Assembly (NCBI GenBank): GCA_965223845.1 | Contig: CBDCXR010000004.1 | Location: 2,528,001 to 2,592,000, forward strand | Length of the DNA stretch: 64,000 nt | Direction of reading: 5' to 3' | From: Planctomycetota bacterium | Lineage (GTDB): Bacteria > Planctomycetota > UBA8108 > SXIK01 | In this document: piece by piece, positions 38,325 through 48,196 of the stretch | Layout of the letters: each line of letters opens with the position of its first letter | How positions within the stretch are numbered: the stretch's first letter is position 1 | Notes under the pieces: generated by a model | Told to the model about the DNA's origin: nothing | Seen by the model: only the letters and a program-made list of their open reading frames with translations | The model's database searches: none | Program-made: the position numbers and the translations under genes

Positions 38325-39863
38325 TCAGCGCCTCAGCTTCCGGTCGTCGAGTCGCTCGCCCTTCGGCCGACGGATCGGCATGAGGAGTGCACCGCCCGCT
38401 TCGAGCTCGTCGAAGAGCTGCTTCTTGAGCGGAGCGATACGATCCTGGAACGCGGGGACGGCGATGAGATTGTGCCTTTCGTGGGGATCCGTCTCGAGGT
38501 CGTAGAAACCGTCGAGGTCCCACACTCCATGGTAGTAAATATATTTGTAGCGATTCGTTCGAATCGCGAACGTCGTCGGAGTCGCCGGGAAGTTCCACTC
38601 CCAGTAGTACTCGTAGATGATGTGATCCCGCCACGGCGCGGACTCGCCGCGCAAAAAGGGAAGAAACGAGCGGCCGTCCATCTCCCGAGCCGCGCTGCTC
38701 ACGCCGGCGATATCGAGCAACGTCGGCGCGATGTCGATGTTCTGCACCATGGGAGAGATCTTCGTCCCCGGGCGGATGAGACCCGGGGCGTAAACGAGTA
38801 GCGGTACGCGGATCGACTCCTCGAACGCGTCGCGTTTGTCGTAGAAACCGTGCTCACCTAGCTCGAAGCCGTTGTCGCCCATGTAGAAGACGATCGTCGA
38901 GCGGGACTTGCCCGTTCGATCGAGATGGTCGAGCAGACGCCCGAGGTTTTCATCGAGTCCGTGGACCGTCTCGCAGTACTGCCAGTAAAGATCGTCGAAG
39001 GAGGGAACCGGATCGTTGTCGAACGCTCCGGTTTCCATGTGATCGATCCCGTGAATGCTGTAGCGACGCTCGCGGACCCAGCGCGGCTGAGTGCGGTAGT
39101 TTTCCTCCGTGTTCGCCATCGTCTCGGGATAGCGAATCGTTTTCCCCGCGTAGCGCCCACGATGCCGCGGCGCCGGAAGAAACGGGTAGTGAACGGCCTT
39201 GAATCCGAGGCACAGAAAGAACGGTCGATCGCCTACGCCACCGAGCCACTCGATCGCGCGGTCGGTCAAAATGTCCGTCGTGTACCCTTCGAAACGCTTC
39301 CGTTCGCCGTTGATGTTGAGCGTCGGATCGAAGTAAGTCCCTTGGCCGCGGAAACTGACCCAGTGATCGAATCCCGGCCGGGGCGCGTCGTCGTCGTGAC
39401 CCATGTGCCACTTCCCGACGTACGCGGTCTGGTAACCGGCTTCGCGGAGGAAGTGCGCAGAGAACCGCGTACCTTCGGGCACGGGTCGCTGATTGTCGAC
39501 CACGCGGTGGCGGTGCATGTACCGGCCAGTCAGGATCGTCGCTCGACTCGGCGAGCAGAGGGACGTCGAGACGAAAGCATTTACGACGTGCGCGCCCTCT
39601 CTCGCCATGCGGTCGAGCGCCGGCGTTTCGAGAAAAGCCGGGGCATCCGGCATGAAACGCATGAAGTCGTAGCGATGGTCGTCGCTGAGGACGAAGACGA
39701 TGCTCCGTTTCTGGCTGCCGAGTCCACCGTTCGCATCGTCCGCGGCGAACGCGCCCGGCACAACCAACGCCGCGGCGAGCACCACGCGCGCTGCGCCGAA
39801 CTTACGGACTGCGCAAGACTGCGCCGGCGTCGGTGACCGTTGCCATCGTCGAGTGTTCTCCAT
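38325..39863 (-). CDS. Formylglycine-dependent sulfatase (N-acetylglucosamine-6-sulfatase-like)
   Basis: VFVLSDDHR; LCSPSRATILTG; VGKWHMG; GDNGF..GEHG..DKR. Start placed at ATG 39863 after GAGGAG. Confidence 0.92.
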   Translation of the reverse strand: MENTRRWQRSPTPAQSCAVRKFGAARVVLAAALVVPGAFAADDANGGLGSQKRSIVFVLSDDHRYDFMRFMPDAPAFLETPALDRMAREGAHVVNAFVSTSLCSPSRATILTGRYMHRHRVVDNQRPVPEGTRFSAHFLREAGYQTAYVGKWHMGHDDDAPRPGFDHWVSFRGQGTYFDPTLNINGERKRFEGYTTDILTDRAIEWLGGVGDRPFFLCLGFKAVHYPFLPAPRHRGRYAGKTIRYPETMANTEENYRTQPRWVRERRYSIHGIDHMETGAFDNDPVPSFDDLYWQYCETVHGLDENLGRLLDHLDRTGKSRSTIVFYMGDNGFELGEHGFYDKRDAFEESIRVPLLVYAPGLIRPGTKISPMVQNIDIAPTLLDIAGVSSAAREMDGRSFLPFLRGESAPWRDHIIYEYYWEWNFPATPTTFAIRTNRYKYIYYHGVWDLDGFYDLETDPHERHNLIAVPAFQDRIAPLKKQLFDELEAGGALLMPIRRPKGERLDDRKLRR

Positions 39864-40004
39864 GGTGCGGATCGCTCCTCGTAAGCTCATCCCTTTGGTT
39901 GGTGCGCCAGGCGACTTCCTCTCGCTCTTACGCCTCACCCTCTCGATTTCTTCCTTCATACTCGTCGCGGTCTTCGGGTGAATCTCCTCCGTGAGGAGAC
40001 CGAG

Positions 40005-41177
40005 TCAAGGCGCATCCGCCGGCGCGAGGAGAGCGAGCTCGTTCGCAGCAGCAACGATGCGCTCGCCCGCAAACTCGATGTCGCCTGCTGACGTCCCCGG
40101 CCCGATCGAAAACCGCACCGCACCGCGCACGAGCGCGCTCGCGACTCCCATCGCCTCGAGCACGTGCGATGGGCGACCCGCGCCCACGGAGCACGCACTC
40201 GCCGTCGACGCCGCAACACCGACCGAGTCGAGACGGCGGACGAGCGCCTCGCCGGTGACCCGCGGGAAGGAAACGTTCAGGACCGTACCGACCTCCGCGG
40301 CCGCCGCTCGAGGCGCGTGGACGACGGTCCCCTCGACGCCGCCTTCGACGAGCTCTCTCAGTCGATCGCGTCGAGCGCGCCGTTCGGGCGTCACCCGCAC
40401 TCGCTCCGCTTCGGCGACCTCGACCGCCCTTGCGAAACCGATCGCTCCCGCGACGTTTTCCGTCCCGGCCCGCCGACCGCCCTCTTGTTTCCCGCCGAGA
40501 AGATGCGGCGCACAACCGACGCCGCGCCGAACGAGGAGTGCACCGGCTCCCTTGGGGCCGCCGATCTTGTGTGCAGATAGACTCACGAGATCCACCGGCC
40601 ACCTCGCAAGGTCGATCGGGACTTTGCCGAGAGCCTGCACCGCGTCGACGTGAAACGCCGCGCCGTGCCGCTGCACGATGTTCCCGATCGCTTCCGTGTC
40701 GAGGAGCACGCCCGTTTCGTTGTTCACCGACATCACGCTGACGAGTCGCGTCGCGGGTCGAATCGCTCCTCGCACCGAGTCCGGATCTACGGCGCCGGTG
40801 GGGAGCGCCGGAACGACGGTGATCTCGACTCCGAACGACCTCAGGACGTCGGCGGTAGCGAGAGTTGCTGCGTGCTCGACCGCACTCCAAACGACGTGCA
40901 CGGAATCACGCTCGATCTCGTCGAGAGCCGTTCGCACGACACCGAGGATCGCGGCGTTGATCGCTTCCGTCCCGCCCGACGTAAAGAGAAGATCGAATCC
41001 ACTCGCTCCGAGAGCGTCCCGCAGCGCTTCACGCGCGCCTTCGAGGGCGGCTCGCGCGCGCTTCCCTTCGGCGTGAATCGAGCTGGGATTCCCGAAATTG
41101 CCGCTCGTCTCCGCCATCGCCGCCGCCACCTCCTCGCGGAGCGGCGTGGTCGCGGCGTGGTCGAGATACACCCTCAT
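40005..41177 (-). CDS. iscS: Cysteine desulfurase (IscS/NifS family)
   Basis: YLDHAATTP; GNPSS; FTSGGTEA; HVDAVQ; SAHKIGGPKG; STASACS. Confidence 0.9.
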   Translation of the reverse strand: MRVYLDHAATTPLREEVAAAMAETSGNFGNPSSIHAEGKRARAALEGAREALRDALGASGFDLLFTSGGTEAINAAILGVVRTALDEIERDSVHVVWSAVEHAATLATADVLRSFGVEITVVPALPTGAVDPDSVRGAIRPATRLVSVMSVNNETGVLLDTEAIGNIVQRHGAAFHVDAVQALGKVPIDLARWPVDLVSLSAHKIGGPKGAGALLVRRGVGCAPHLLGGKQEGGRRAGTENVAGAIGFARAVEVAEAERVRVTPERRARRDRLRELVEGGVEGTVVHAPRAAAAEVGTVLNVSFPRVTGEALVRRLDSVGVAASTASACSVGAGRPSHVLEAMGVASALVRGAVRFSIGPGTSAGDIEFAGERIVAAANELALLAPADAP

Positions 41178-41237
41178 GGGTATCGATCGTACCGCGGTCG
41201 TCGCGCCCGATTCCACTCCGGCGCGACGCGCCCGCAC

Positions 41238-42602
41238 TCACTCCGCGATCGTCACTCGCGTTTTGTACGGCACGAGATCGTAGAGCAGCTCGACGTCGAC
41301 GTTGTTCATCCGCACGCAACCCGCCGACGACTCGACGCCGATCGACCGGGGATCCTGCGTCCCGTGGATGCCGTAACCGGAGTATTGCTCCGTCGCCTCG
41401 AATCCGAGCCAGCGGGATCCGAGCACGTTATCCGGGTGCCCGGGCGGGATCGACGCGCGCCCAGCCGGCCACCAAGCGGGGTCCTTTTCCTTGACCTTCA
41501 CCACGAAGCTTCCGACCGGAGTGCCGCCGAGCTTGCCGAGGCCGACGGGACGCTCGAGGAGCACGCGGCCATCGACCGTCACCCAGAGGCGAAATTCGCT
41601 CTTCTTGACGAACACCTCGATCTTGCCGACGAGAATTCGCAGCCGCACCCCGGGCCGGATCACGTCGCTCGCGAGTCCGTTGAGTCGCTGAATGGAGCCC
41701 ACCGTCGTTCCGTGCCGTACGGCGATCGCGGTCAAGTTGTCCCCGGCGCGGACGGTGTAGGTTTCGAGCACGAGCGGCGAACGACCCGAAAACACGACGC
41801 GCTCGAGGAACGGTCGCAAGTGTCCGAGCACTCGCGTTCGACTCGCGGAGTCGCGGGCCGCCTCATACGCGAGGCTGAGCTCCTCCCACGCCCGGAACGC
41901 GGACGCCGAATCGGCGAACGCCGTCTTGAGACTCTCGAGCGCGGCACCGAGACTCTCGGCGAAAAGTTGCTCGCCGCCGCTCCCTCGCGCCGCGAGGTAG
42001 CGGAGGTACTCGCGCCGGCGGACAAATTCGGTTTCGATCTCGAGAAGTCGAGTGACCTCCGCGGTGAGGTCCATGCCCTGGTCCTTCCACACTGCGTAGA
42101 TCCGCTCGAGGAGCTGCTTTCCGAGAGCCGCGTCGCCGGCGTCGAACGTCGCGAACGCGAGCTCCCGCTGCTCGGTGAGTACGCTCGCGGCGACGACGTC
42201 CGCGGCGCGCGAGGTCGGAGGCGCAGGACGGAGTCCCGACGCCGGTCGAGGAGCGAGCTCGGCTGCGTCGCCCGCGAAGAACATCGCGCCACCGAATTTC
42301 GGTGGCAACGGAGTCTCCGCAACGACGTTCCCCTCGCCCGCCTCCGAGATCGAAGGCGCGGTTTCCGCCCCGTTTCCCGCCTCGCGCGAGCCCTCGCCCC
42401 GCGAGGCGCCTTCAGGCGACGGCTCGGACGCCGCGCCGTCCGCCGGCGACGTCGCTTCCGGATCGCCCGCCAGCCGGGGAACGACGGGTGCCGGCTCTCC
42501 ACTCGTCGAGTCGTCGGGCGTGCCGCCCGACGCCCACTGAATCAAGGCCCAACCGGCACCACCGATGATGAGCCCGGCACACAACGTGAGTGCAGTCTTC
42601 AC
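41238..42602 (-). CDS. Membrane-anchored L,D-transpeptidase (YkuD) with LysM domain
   Basis: N-terminal TM; LysM YTVRAGDNLTAIA; catalytic YGIHGT...SSAGCVRM. Confidence 0.9.
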   Translation of the reverse strand: MKTALTLCAGLIIGGAGWALIQWASGGTPDDSTSGEPAPVVPRLAGDPEATSPADGAASEPSPEGASRGEGSREAGNGAETAPSISEAGEGNVVAETPLPPKFGGAMFFAGDAAELAPRPASGLRPAPPTSRAADVVAASVLTEQRELAFATFDAGDAALGKQLLERIYAVWKDQGMDLTAEVTRLLEIETEFVRRREYLRYLAARGSGGEQLFAESLGAALESLKTAFADSASAFRAWEELSLAYEAARDSASRTRVLGHLRPFLERVVFSGRSPLVLETYTVRAGDNLTAIAVRHGTTVGSIQRLNGLASDVIRPGVRLRILVGKIEVFVKKSEFRLWVTVDGRVLLERPVGLGKLGGTPVGSFVVKVKEKDPAWWPAGRASIPPGHPDNVLGSRWLGFEATEQYSGYGIHGTQDPRSIGVESSAGCVRMNNVDVELLYDLVPYKTRVTIAE

Positions 42603-42845
42603 GTCCCCGCTCCTCTCTCTTCGATCGTCTTTTCTCGATCAGCGGCTCCGGTCCGGATTCGCGCCTCCAAGCGCTCGAACCGGACAACGGACGGGCCGCT
42701 CCGCATGGCGCGCCCGCCCTGCGCACGCGGAACTCCTCGGGTGAGCGACGCGCATTTAACCTCAATTCCCCCTCGAATGCCACTGCGCCGCCGACCGTGC
42801 GATCGGATCGAGCCACGGATCCCCTCGAGCGCCCCCGACTCCGCC

Positions 42846-45287
42846 TCAACGAAGCGGAAAGCCAGCGTCCTCGAGGCTCCCGATGACTCGAGTTTGGAGC
42901 GCTCCGATCTCCTCCCCCGAGAGCGTTCGCTCGGCGGATCCGAACACGAGGTGAAACGCGACGGATTTTTTTCCGTCGTCCAGATTCTCGTAGACGCTCA
43001 TCACGTCGAGCCCGAGGAGCGCCTCGCCAGCAGCGTCTCGAATCACGGAGGCGATCTCGCGCACCGGCGTGCGCGAGGCGGCGACGACCGCGACGTCGAA
43101 GGGAACGGTCGGATAGCGAAGCGGCGGGTGATAGTCGACGGTGCGGCGATCGCCGTCAGAGAACAGGGCGTCGAAGTCGAGATCGAACGCGACGATCTCA
43201 CCCTTCAGCTTCAGCTCGCGCTGGAGCACTGGATGGACGCGGAACACTCGGCCGAACTCGCGCTCTTTTTGAACGAAGCGCCCCGAGACGGTGGGATGGA
43301 TCCACCGCACGAGCTCGGCGTCTCCCAGCGGAAGCAAGTCGACCGGTGCGAGACCGAGCCGCGCGAGGAGATCGAGCAGGACGCGACGCACGCCGTAGAA
43401 GTTGCCGTTCTTCTTTTCGGGAAAGCTCACGATTCCCGCGAGGCGAGAGCGCTCATCGGGCAGCCCGGGCTCGGTCAGCTCGTCCGCTTCTTTCCGGTAG
43501 ACTCGACCGAGCTCGAAGAATCCGAAGTCGAGTCCGTAGCGCTGGTTCTCCTTCGCCTTCTCGAGATGAATCGGGACGATCTCGCGCCGCATGTGATCGA
43601 GATCCTCGCTCACAGGGTTTCGGAGCACCATGTGCGCGGCGGGATCGAGTCCGAAACGCGCGCAATGAGCGGCCCCGACCATGGAGTACGTGAACACCTC
43701 GCTCCAGCCGGCTCGGTCGGACAAGTAGTGCTTCGCGCGGCGCTCGAATCGGCGGTGCTCGTTCGGTACGGGCGCGGCGACCGGCCAAGCGGGCGCGAAC
43801 GGTTCGATGTTGTCGTAACCGTGAACCCGCCCCACCTCCTCGACGAGGTCCTCTCGCACCTCAACATCCTTCGTCGCTCGCCAGGACGGGACCGAGACCG
43901 TCCACTCGTCGTCCGGCTCTCCGTCGACGCCGAAACCGAGCCACTCTAGGCTCTCCTTCACTTCGCGAGCCGGCAGCGGCGCGCCCAGCCGCTGCGCGAT
44001 GAACTTGGCGTCGGTCCGGATCTCGATCCGCTCGGCCGGCTCGAAACCCACGTCCTGAAGCGGCCCGATCACTTTGGCGCCGGGGCAGAGGTCGAGGATC
44101 ATCTTTGCGGCCCGGAGAACGCCTTCTCGCGCGAGGACGGGGTCGAGCGACTTCTCGAAGCGAAGCGACGAGTCGGTGCGTTTCCCGACGCGGGTCGAGG
44201 TCTGCCGCACGCGAACGGGAGAAAAGTTCGCGCACTCGAGAAACACCGACGTTGCGCCCTCCGAGATTTCCGTTCCTTCACCGCCCATGATTCCGGCGAG
44301 CGCGACGGGCTCCGCGCCATCGGCGATGACGAGGTCCTCCGCGAGCAGCTCGACGGTCGTATCGTCGAGGAGACGGATCTTCTCGCCCGCTCGCGCGCGA
44401 CGGACGACGATCTTGCCGCCGCCGACCCGCGCCGTGTCGAAGGCGTGGAGCGGCTGCCCGAGCTCGAAGAGAACGTAGTTCGTCACGTCGACGATGTTGT
44501 TGATCGGACGACTGCCGATCGCGAGGAGTCGATGCTGGAGCCACGCGGGAGATGGCTCGACGCGCACGCCGTCGATTTGAAGTCCGCAGTAACGCCGGCA
44601 AAGTCCGTCGCGTCCGCCGACCCCGTCGCCTTCGATCGCGACCGTCACCGACGCACTCCCCGGCGCCGTCGCGAGCGATTCGTCGAGATCGAGCGGCCGC
44701 AGCGGGACGCGGTACATCGCCGCGAACTCGCGCGCGAGCCCGTAGTGTCCCCAAAGGTCGGGCCGGTGAGTGAGCGACTTGTTGTCGATTTCGAAGACCA
44801 CGTCCCGGAGCTCGGGGAACGCTTCGACGAGAGTGCTCCCCACTTCAGCGCCGTCCGGAATCTCCCAGAGTCCCGCGCCGTCCGCGGAGACTCCGAGCTC
44901 CTTCTGCGAGCAGAGCATTCCCTCGGACCGGATCCCACGCACCTTCGCCGCCTTGATCTTCGTCCCGCCGACGACCGTTCCCGGCAGGGCGAGCGCGGCC
45001 GCCATCCCCGGGCGAACGTTCGGCGCGCCGCAGACGACCGTGAGAGGGTCACCGCCGGCGTCGACGCGAGCGAGGCGGAGACGATCGGCCCCAGGATGCG
45101 GTTCCACCGACTCCACGTTCGCGACGACGATTCCGCCGAGCTGCGTCCCCCACTCCGTCACCGCCTCGACTTCGGCGGTGTGAAGCGAGAGCTCGACGCC
45201 GATCTCTTGCGGCGATCCGATCTTTCGGGCGGACTCCGAACGATCGAACGGACAGAACTCGCGGATCCAGTTGAGCGAAACTTGCAT
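42846..45287 (-). CDS. pheT: Phenylalanine-tRNA ligase beta subunit
   Basis: MQVSLNWI; VVCGAPNV; SEGMLCS; INNIVDVTNYV; QPLHAFD; EDLVEEVGR; C-terminal anticodon-binding domain. Confidence 0.96.
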   Translation of the reverse strand: MQVSLNWIREFCPFDRSESARKIGSPQEIGVELSLHTAEVEAVTEWGTQLGGIVVANVESVEPHPGADRLRLARVDAGGDPLTVVCGAPNVRPGMAAALALPGTVVGGTKIKAAKVRGIRSEGMLCSQKELGVSADGAGLWEIPDGAEVGSTLVEAFPELRDVVFEIDNKSLTHRPDLWGHYGLAREFAAMYRVPLRPLDLDESLATAPGSASVTVAIEGDGVGGRDGLCRRYCGLQIDGVRVEPSPAWLQHRLLAIGSRPINNIVDVTNYVLFELGQPLHAFDTARVGGGKIVVRRARAGEKIRLLDDTTVELLAEDLVIADGAEPVALAGIMGGEGTEISEGATSVFLECANFSPVRVRQTSTRVGKRTDSSLRFEKSLDPVLAREGVLRAAKMILDLCPGAKVIGPLQDVGFEPAERIEIRTDAKFIAQRLGAPLPAREVKESLEWLGFGVDGEPDDEWTVSVPSWRATKDVEVREDLVEEVGRVHGYDNIEPFAPAWPVAAPVPNEHRRFERRAKHYLSDRAGWSEVFTYSMVGAAHCARFGLDPAAHMVLRNPVSEDLDHMRREIVPIHLEKAKENQRYGLDFGFFELGRVYRKEADELTEPGLPDERSRLAGIVSFPEKKNGNFYGVRRVLLDLLARLGLAPVDLLPLGDAELVRWIHPTVSGRFVQKEREFGRVFRVHPVLQRELKLKGEIVAFDLDFDALFSDGDRRTVDYHPPLRYPTVPFDVAVVAASRTPVREIASVIRDAAGEALLGLDVMSVYENLDDGKKSVAFHLVFGSAERTLSGEEIGALQTRVIGSLEDAGFPLR

Positions 45288-45345
45288 CGGAGGGACAGGT
45301 CAGAAGAGAAGCGAAACGTTCGCGCGACGTATCACCGAAGCCGCA

Positions 45346-46368
45346 TCAGCGAAACTGGCGCACAAAGCGAAGGTCGGCGCTGTGGAGATGACGGATATCC
45401 TCGATGCCGTAGCGCATCATGACGAGTCGATCGAGCCCGAGCCCGAACGCGAATCCCGAGTATTCGTCGGGATCGATCTCGCCGGCGCGGAGCACGTTCG
45501 GATGGACCATGCCGCAGGGGAGGAGCTCGACCCAGCCGGTTTGCTTGCAGACGGCGCAGCCGTCGCCGCGGCAAATGAGGCAGCGAATGTCGAGCTCGAA
45601 CCCCGGCTCGACGAAGGGGAAGTACCCCGGACGGAGCCGCACTTCCTCCTCGCGGCCGAAGATGCGCGAGAGGAGAGTCTTCATGAAGTAGATGAGGTGG
45701 GCGACCTTGATGTCTCGGTCGACCATCATGCCTTCGAGCTGGTGGAACGTCGCCTCGTGGCTCGCGTCGAGACGCTCGCAGCGGAACACCTTTCCCGGTG
45801 CGATCATCTTGAACGGCGGGCGAAAGCGTTTCATCCCCCGCACCTGGATGCTGGAGGTGTGCGTCCGGAGCAGGTTTCCGTCCTCGAGGTAGAACGTGTC
45901 CTGCATGTCGCGAGACGGGTGGTCCGCCGGGATGTTCAAGGCCTCGAAGTTGAAGTAGTCCGTCTCGACGTGCGGCCCGTCGAGGACCTGGAATCCCATC
46001 GAGACGAAGACATCTTCGATCTCGTACTGAATCTGCGTCGTCGGGTGGAGTGTCCCGCTCGGGCGAGCGTCCGCGTCGAGCGTCACGTCGAGCCAATCGG
46101 CATCGAGCTCGCGGCGCAACGCAGCGCCGGCGATCTCCTCGCGTTTCGACCGGAGGGCGGCTTCCGCCTCGCCCTTGCGCACGTTGAGGAGCTTGCCCGC
46201 GCTCTTTCGCTCCTCCGGTGAGAGCTTGCCGAGGCCCTTGAGGAGAGTCGTGAGGGCGCCGCTCTTCCCGAGGTAGCGGACCCGCAACTCGTCGAGCTCG
46301 GGTTCGCTCTCGACGGCGGCGAGTGCGGTTTCGAGCTCCTCCCAGATCGTGTCGACTTCGTTCTGCAC
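45346..46368 (-). CDS. pheS: Phenylalanine-tRNA ligase alpha subunit
   Basis: NFEALNIPADHPSRDMQDTF; LLRTHTS; FPFVEP; GFAFGLGLDRL. Start GTG 46368 or 46401. Confidence 0.97.
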   Translation of the reverse strand: MQNEVDTIWEELETALAAVESEPELDELRVRYLGKSGALTTLLKGLGKLSPEERKSAGKLLNVRKGEAEAALRSKREEIAGAALRRELDADWLDVTLDADARPSGTLHPTTQIQYEIEDVFVSMGFQVLDGPHVETDYFNFEALNIPADHPSRDMQDTFYLEDGNLLRTHTSSIQVRGMKRFRPPFKMIAPGKVFRCERLDASHEATFHQLEGMMVDRDIKVAHLIYFMKTLLSRIFGREEEVRLRPGYFPFVEPGFELDIRCLICRGDGCAVCKQTGWVELLPCGMVHPNVLRAGEIDPDEYSGFAFGLGLDRLVMMRYGIEDIRHLHSADLRFVRQFR

Positions 46369-46541
46369 TCTCTCGTCCTCCGCCGCCGTCCACGCTCGCA
46401 CCGAACGCGAACCGATCCGGCGCCGACCACCGTGACCGCGACGCGCGATGGACGTCGTCGGCTAACGGATCACTCGGCCGCGACGCGCTCGCACGTGAGG
46501 AGTTCGAGCGAGTGCAGTCGCTCCCGGACGCCCGCCCGCGT

Positions 46542-46898
46542 CTACTTGAGCGCGCCCCGAGCCGTTTCGACGAGCCCGTCGAACGCCGCGCTGTCTCGCA
46601 CCGCCATGTCCGCGAGGATCTTCCGGTTGAGCTCGACGCCGGCCGAGTTCAGCCCGCGAACGAACTGACTGTAGTTGATTCCGCGCGCGCGACACGCGGC
46701 ATTGATGCGCACGATCCACAGCCGGCGGAAATCGCCCTTCTTTTTCCGGCGGTGCTTGGTTGCGAACGCTTCCGCTCGGATCAGCGATTCCTTGGCGACG
46801 CGGTGGAGCTTGCTGCGACCGCCCCAGTAGCCGCGAACTCGCTTGCGAAGTCGGCTCTTCTTGCGGAGTCGGGCGACTCCGTTCACTGCGCGTGACAT
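46542..46898 (-). CDS. rplT: 50S ribosomal protein L20
   Basis: RGYWGGRS; [12 protein letters not shown]; [10 protein letters not shown]. Confidence 0.97.
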   Translation of the reverse strand: MSRAVNGVARLRKKSRLRKRVRGYWGGRSKLHRVAKESLIRAEAFATKHRRKKKGDFRRLWIVRINAACRARGINYSQFVRGLNSAGVELNRKILADMAVRDSAAFDGLVETARGALK

Positions 46899-46970
46899 CT
46901 CGTTGAAACTCTACTCTTCGGGTCGCGGGAATTCGGGTCTCGCGGGGATTGCCGGATACGACGACGTCGC

Positions 46971-47165
46971 TCAGACGCCGAGCAACCGTCGCATTTTCAC
47001 TGCGTCCGACTCCGCGCAGATCAGCTGGCGGCGGAGCTGTCGCTTGCGCTTGGCCGACTTCACCGACAAGAGGTGACGCCGACCGGGCCGGGATCGCTTG
47101 ACCTTCCCGCTTTTCGTCAGGCGGAAGCGCTTCTTGGCCGCGCGGTTCGTCTTCATCTTCGGCAT
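46971..47165 (-). CDS. rpmI: 50S ribosomal protein L35
   Basis: MPKMKTNRAAKKRFRLTKSGKVKR. Confidence 0.97.
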   Translation of the reverse strand: MPKMKTNRAAKKRFRLTKSGKVKRSRPGRRHLLSVKSAKRKRQLRRQLICAESDAVKMRRLLGV

Positions 47166-47284
47166 CGGAGGGGCCCCTCCTCGGGTGGCCCGATTCGCTC
47201 GCTCGCGACGGAACGTCGCAGATCTCGCGGCCGCCGTCGTTCGACGCCATCGCTGGCTCGTCCGGCAATGGGCGAAAGGGACGT

Positions 47285-47293
47285 ATTGTAGCA
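47285..47293 (-). promoter_or_regulatory. Putative extended -10 promoter (TGCTACAAT) for rpmI-rplT-pheST
   Basis: TGnTACAAT on the minus strand about 120 nt upstream of rpmI. Confidence 0.5.
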
Positions 47294-47379
47294 GGGACGA
47301 ACCGCGAGGAAAGGGGCAAGCGCCGAGTTTCTCCGGGCCGCTCGCCCGACCCGCCCGCGGGAGCCGCGCCGCCGCGCGG

Positions 47380-47916
47380 TCACCGGCTGACGAGGATCAT
47401 GATCATGCGATTGCGGCCTTCTCGGGACGGCTCCTGCTCGACCTTGGCGATGTCGTCGACTTCGCCGGCGAAGCGAAGGAGCGATTGGCGACCGATGTCG
47501 AGGTGGATCGTCTCGCGTCCACGAAACATCATCGTCACCTGGACCTTGTGGCCCTTCTCGAGAAAGCCCCGGGCGCGTCCGAGCTTCACCTGGAAATCGT
47601 GCTCTTCGCACTTCGGGCGAAGCTTGATCTCCTTACGCCGCTGGACGGTCTTCTTCGACCCTCGCCCCTTCTTCTTTTGGTCGAATTTGTACTTCCCGTA
47701 GTCCATGAGCTTGCAGGTCGGCGGCTTGGCCATCGCGGCCATTTCCACCAAATCGAGGCCCCGCTCTTCGGCGAGGGCCAGCGCGTCAGCAACGCTCATG
47801 ATCCCCAACTGCTCTCCGTGCTCGTCGATCAGACGAACGTCCCCGGGCCGCGGACGAAAAATGATCCGGGGCCCTCTTTGAGGCGGCGGGCCTCCTCTAC
47901 CAGGCATCGGGCGAAT
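47380..47916 (-). CDS. infC: Translation initiation factor IF-3 with probable AUU start
   Basis: VRLIDEHGEQLG; LDLVE; CKLMDYGKYKF; KEIKLRP; MFRGRE. In-frame ATT at 47916 lies 7 nt after AAGGAG. Confidence 0.93.
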   Translation of the reverse strand: MRPMPGRGGPPPQRGPRIIFRPRPGDVRLIDEHGEQLGIMSVADALALAEERGLDLVEMAAMAKPPTCKLMDYGKYKFDQKKKGRGSKKTVQRRKEIKLRPKCEEHDFQVKLGRARGFLEKGHKVQVTMMFRGRETIHLDIGRQSLLRFAGEVDDIAKVEQEPSREGRNRMIMILVSR

Positions 47917-48140
47917 GGGAAATCTCCTTCTTTCTTGAGACCGGCGTTCTCGGGACCGGGCGAAGCGTGCCCGGTGAGTCGCGCCGGGTACACATCAAGA
48001 TCGCGTCCCGCACTCGGAACACTTCGGCAGACCGCTTCGCTGCTTGCGAGAGAGGCGTCCACCGGATTCGCGATTTGCGGCTTCCGAATCGAATCCTTAC
48101 CGGACGCACGCACGATCGAGCGGGGCCTCTTCGTTCTCGA

Positions 48141-48170
48141 AGCGTAACTCGGTCAAAAAACTTACGTCAA
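48141..48170 (-). promoter_or_regulatory. Putative sigma70 promoter for infC (TTGACG-N18-TACGCT)
   Basis: Minus-strand -35 at 48165-48170 and -10 at 48141-48146, in an AT-rich patch. Confidence 0.5.
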
Positions 48171-48196
48171 TAGAAAATCCGCCGAAGGCCGGCGTG

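Noticed and set aside
40650-43949. 1099-aa plus-strand ORF, and other long antisense ORFs such as 228..2087, 18561..20189, 35064..37469 and 50316..52259
   Set aside because: They lie opposite well-supported genes and carry no motifs. They are shadow ORFs expected from high-GC codon bias.
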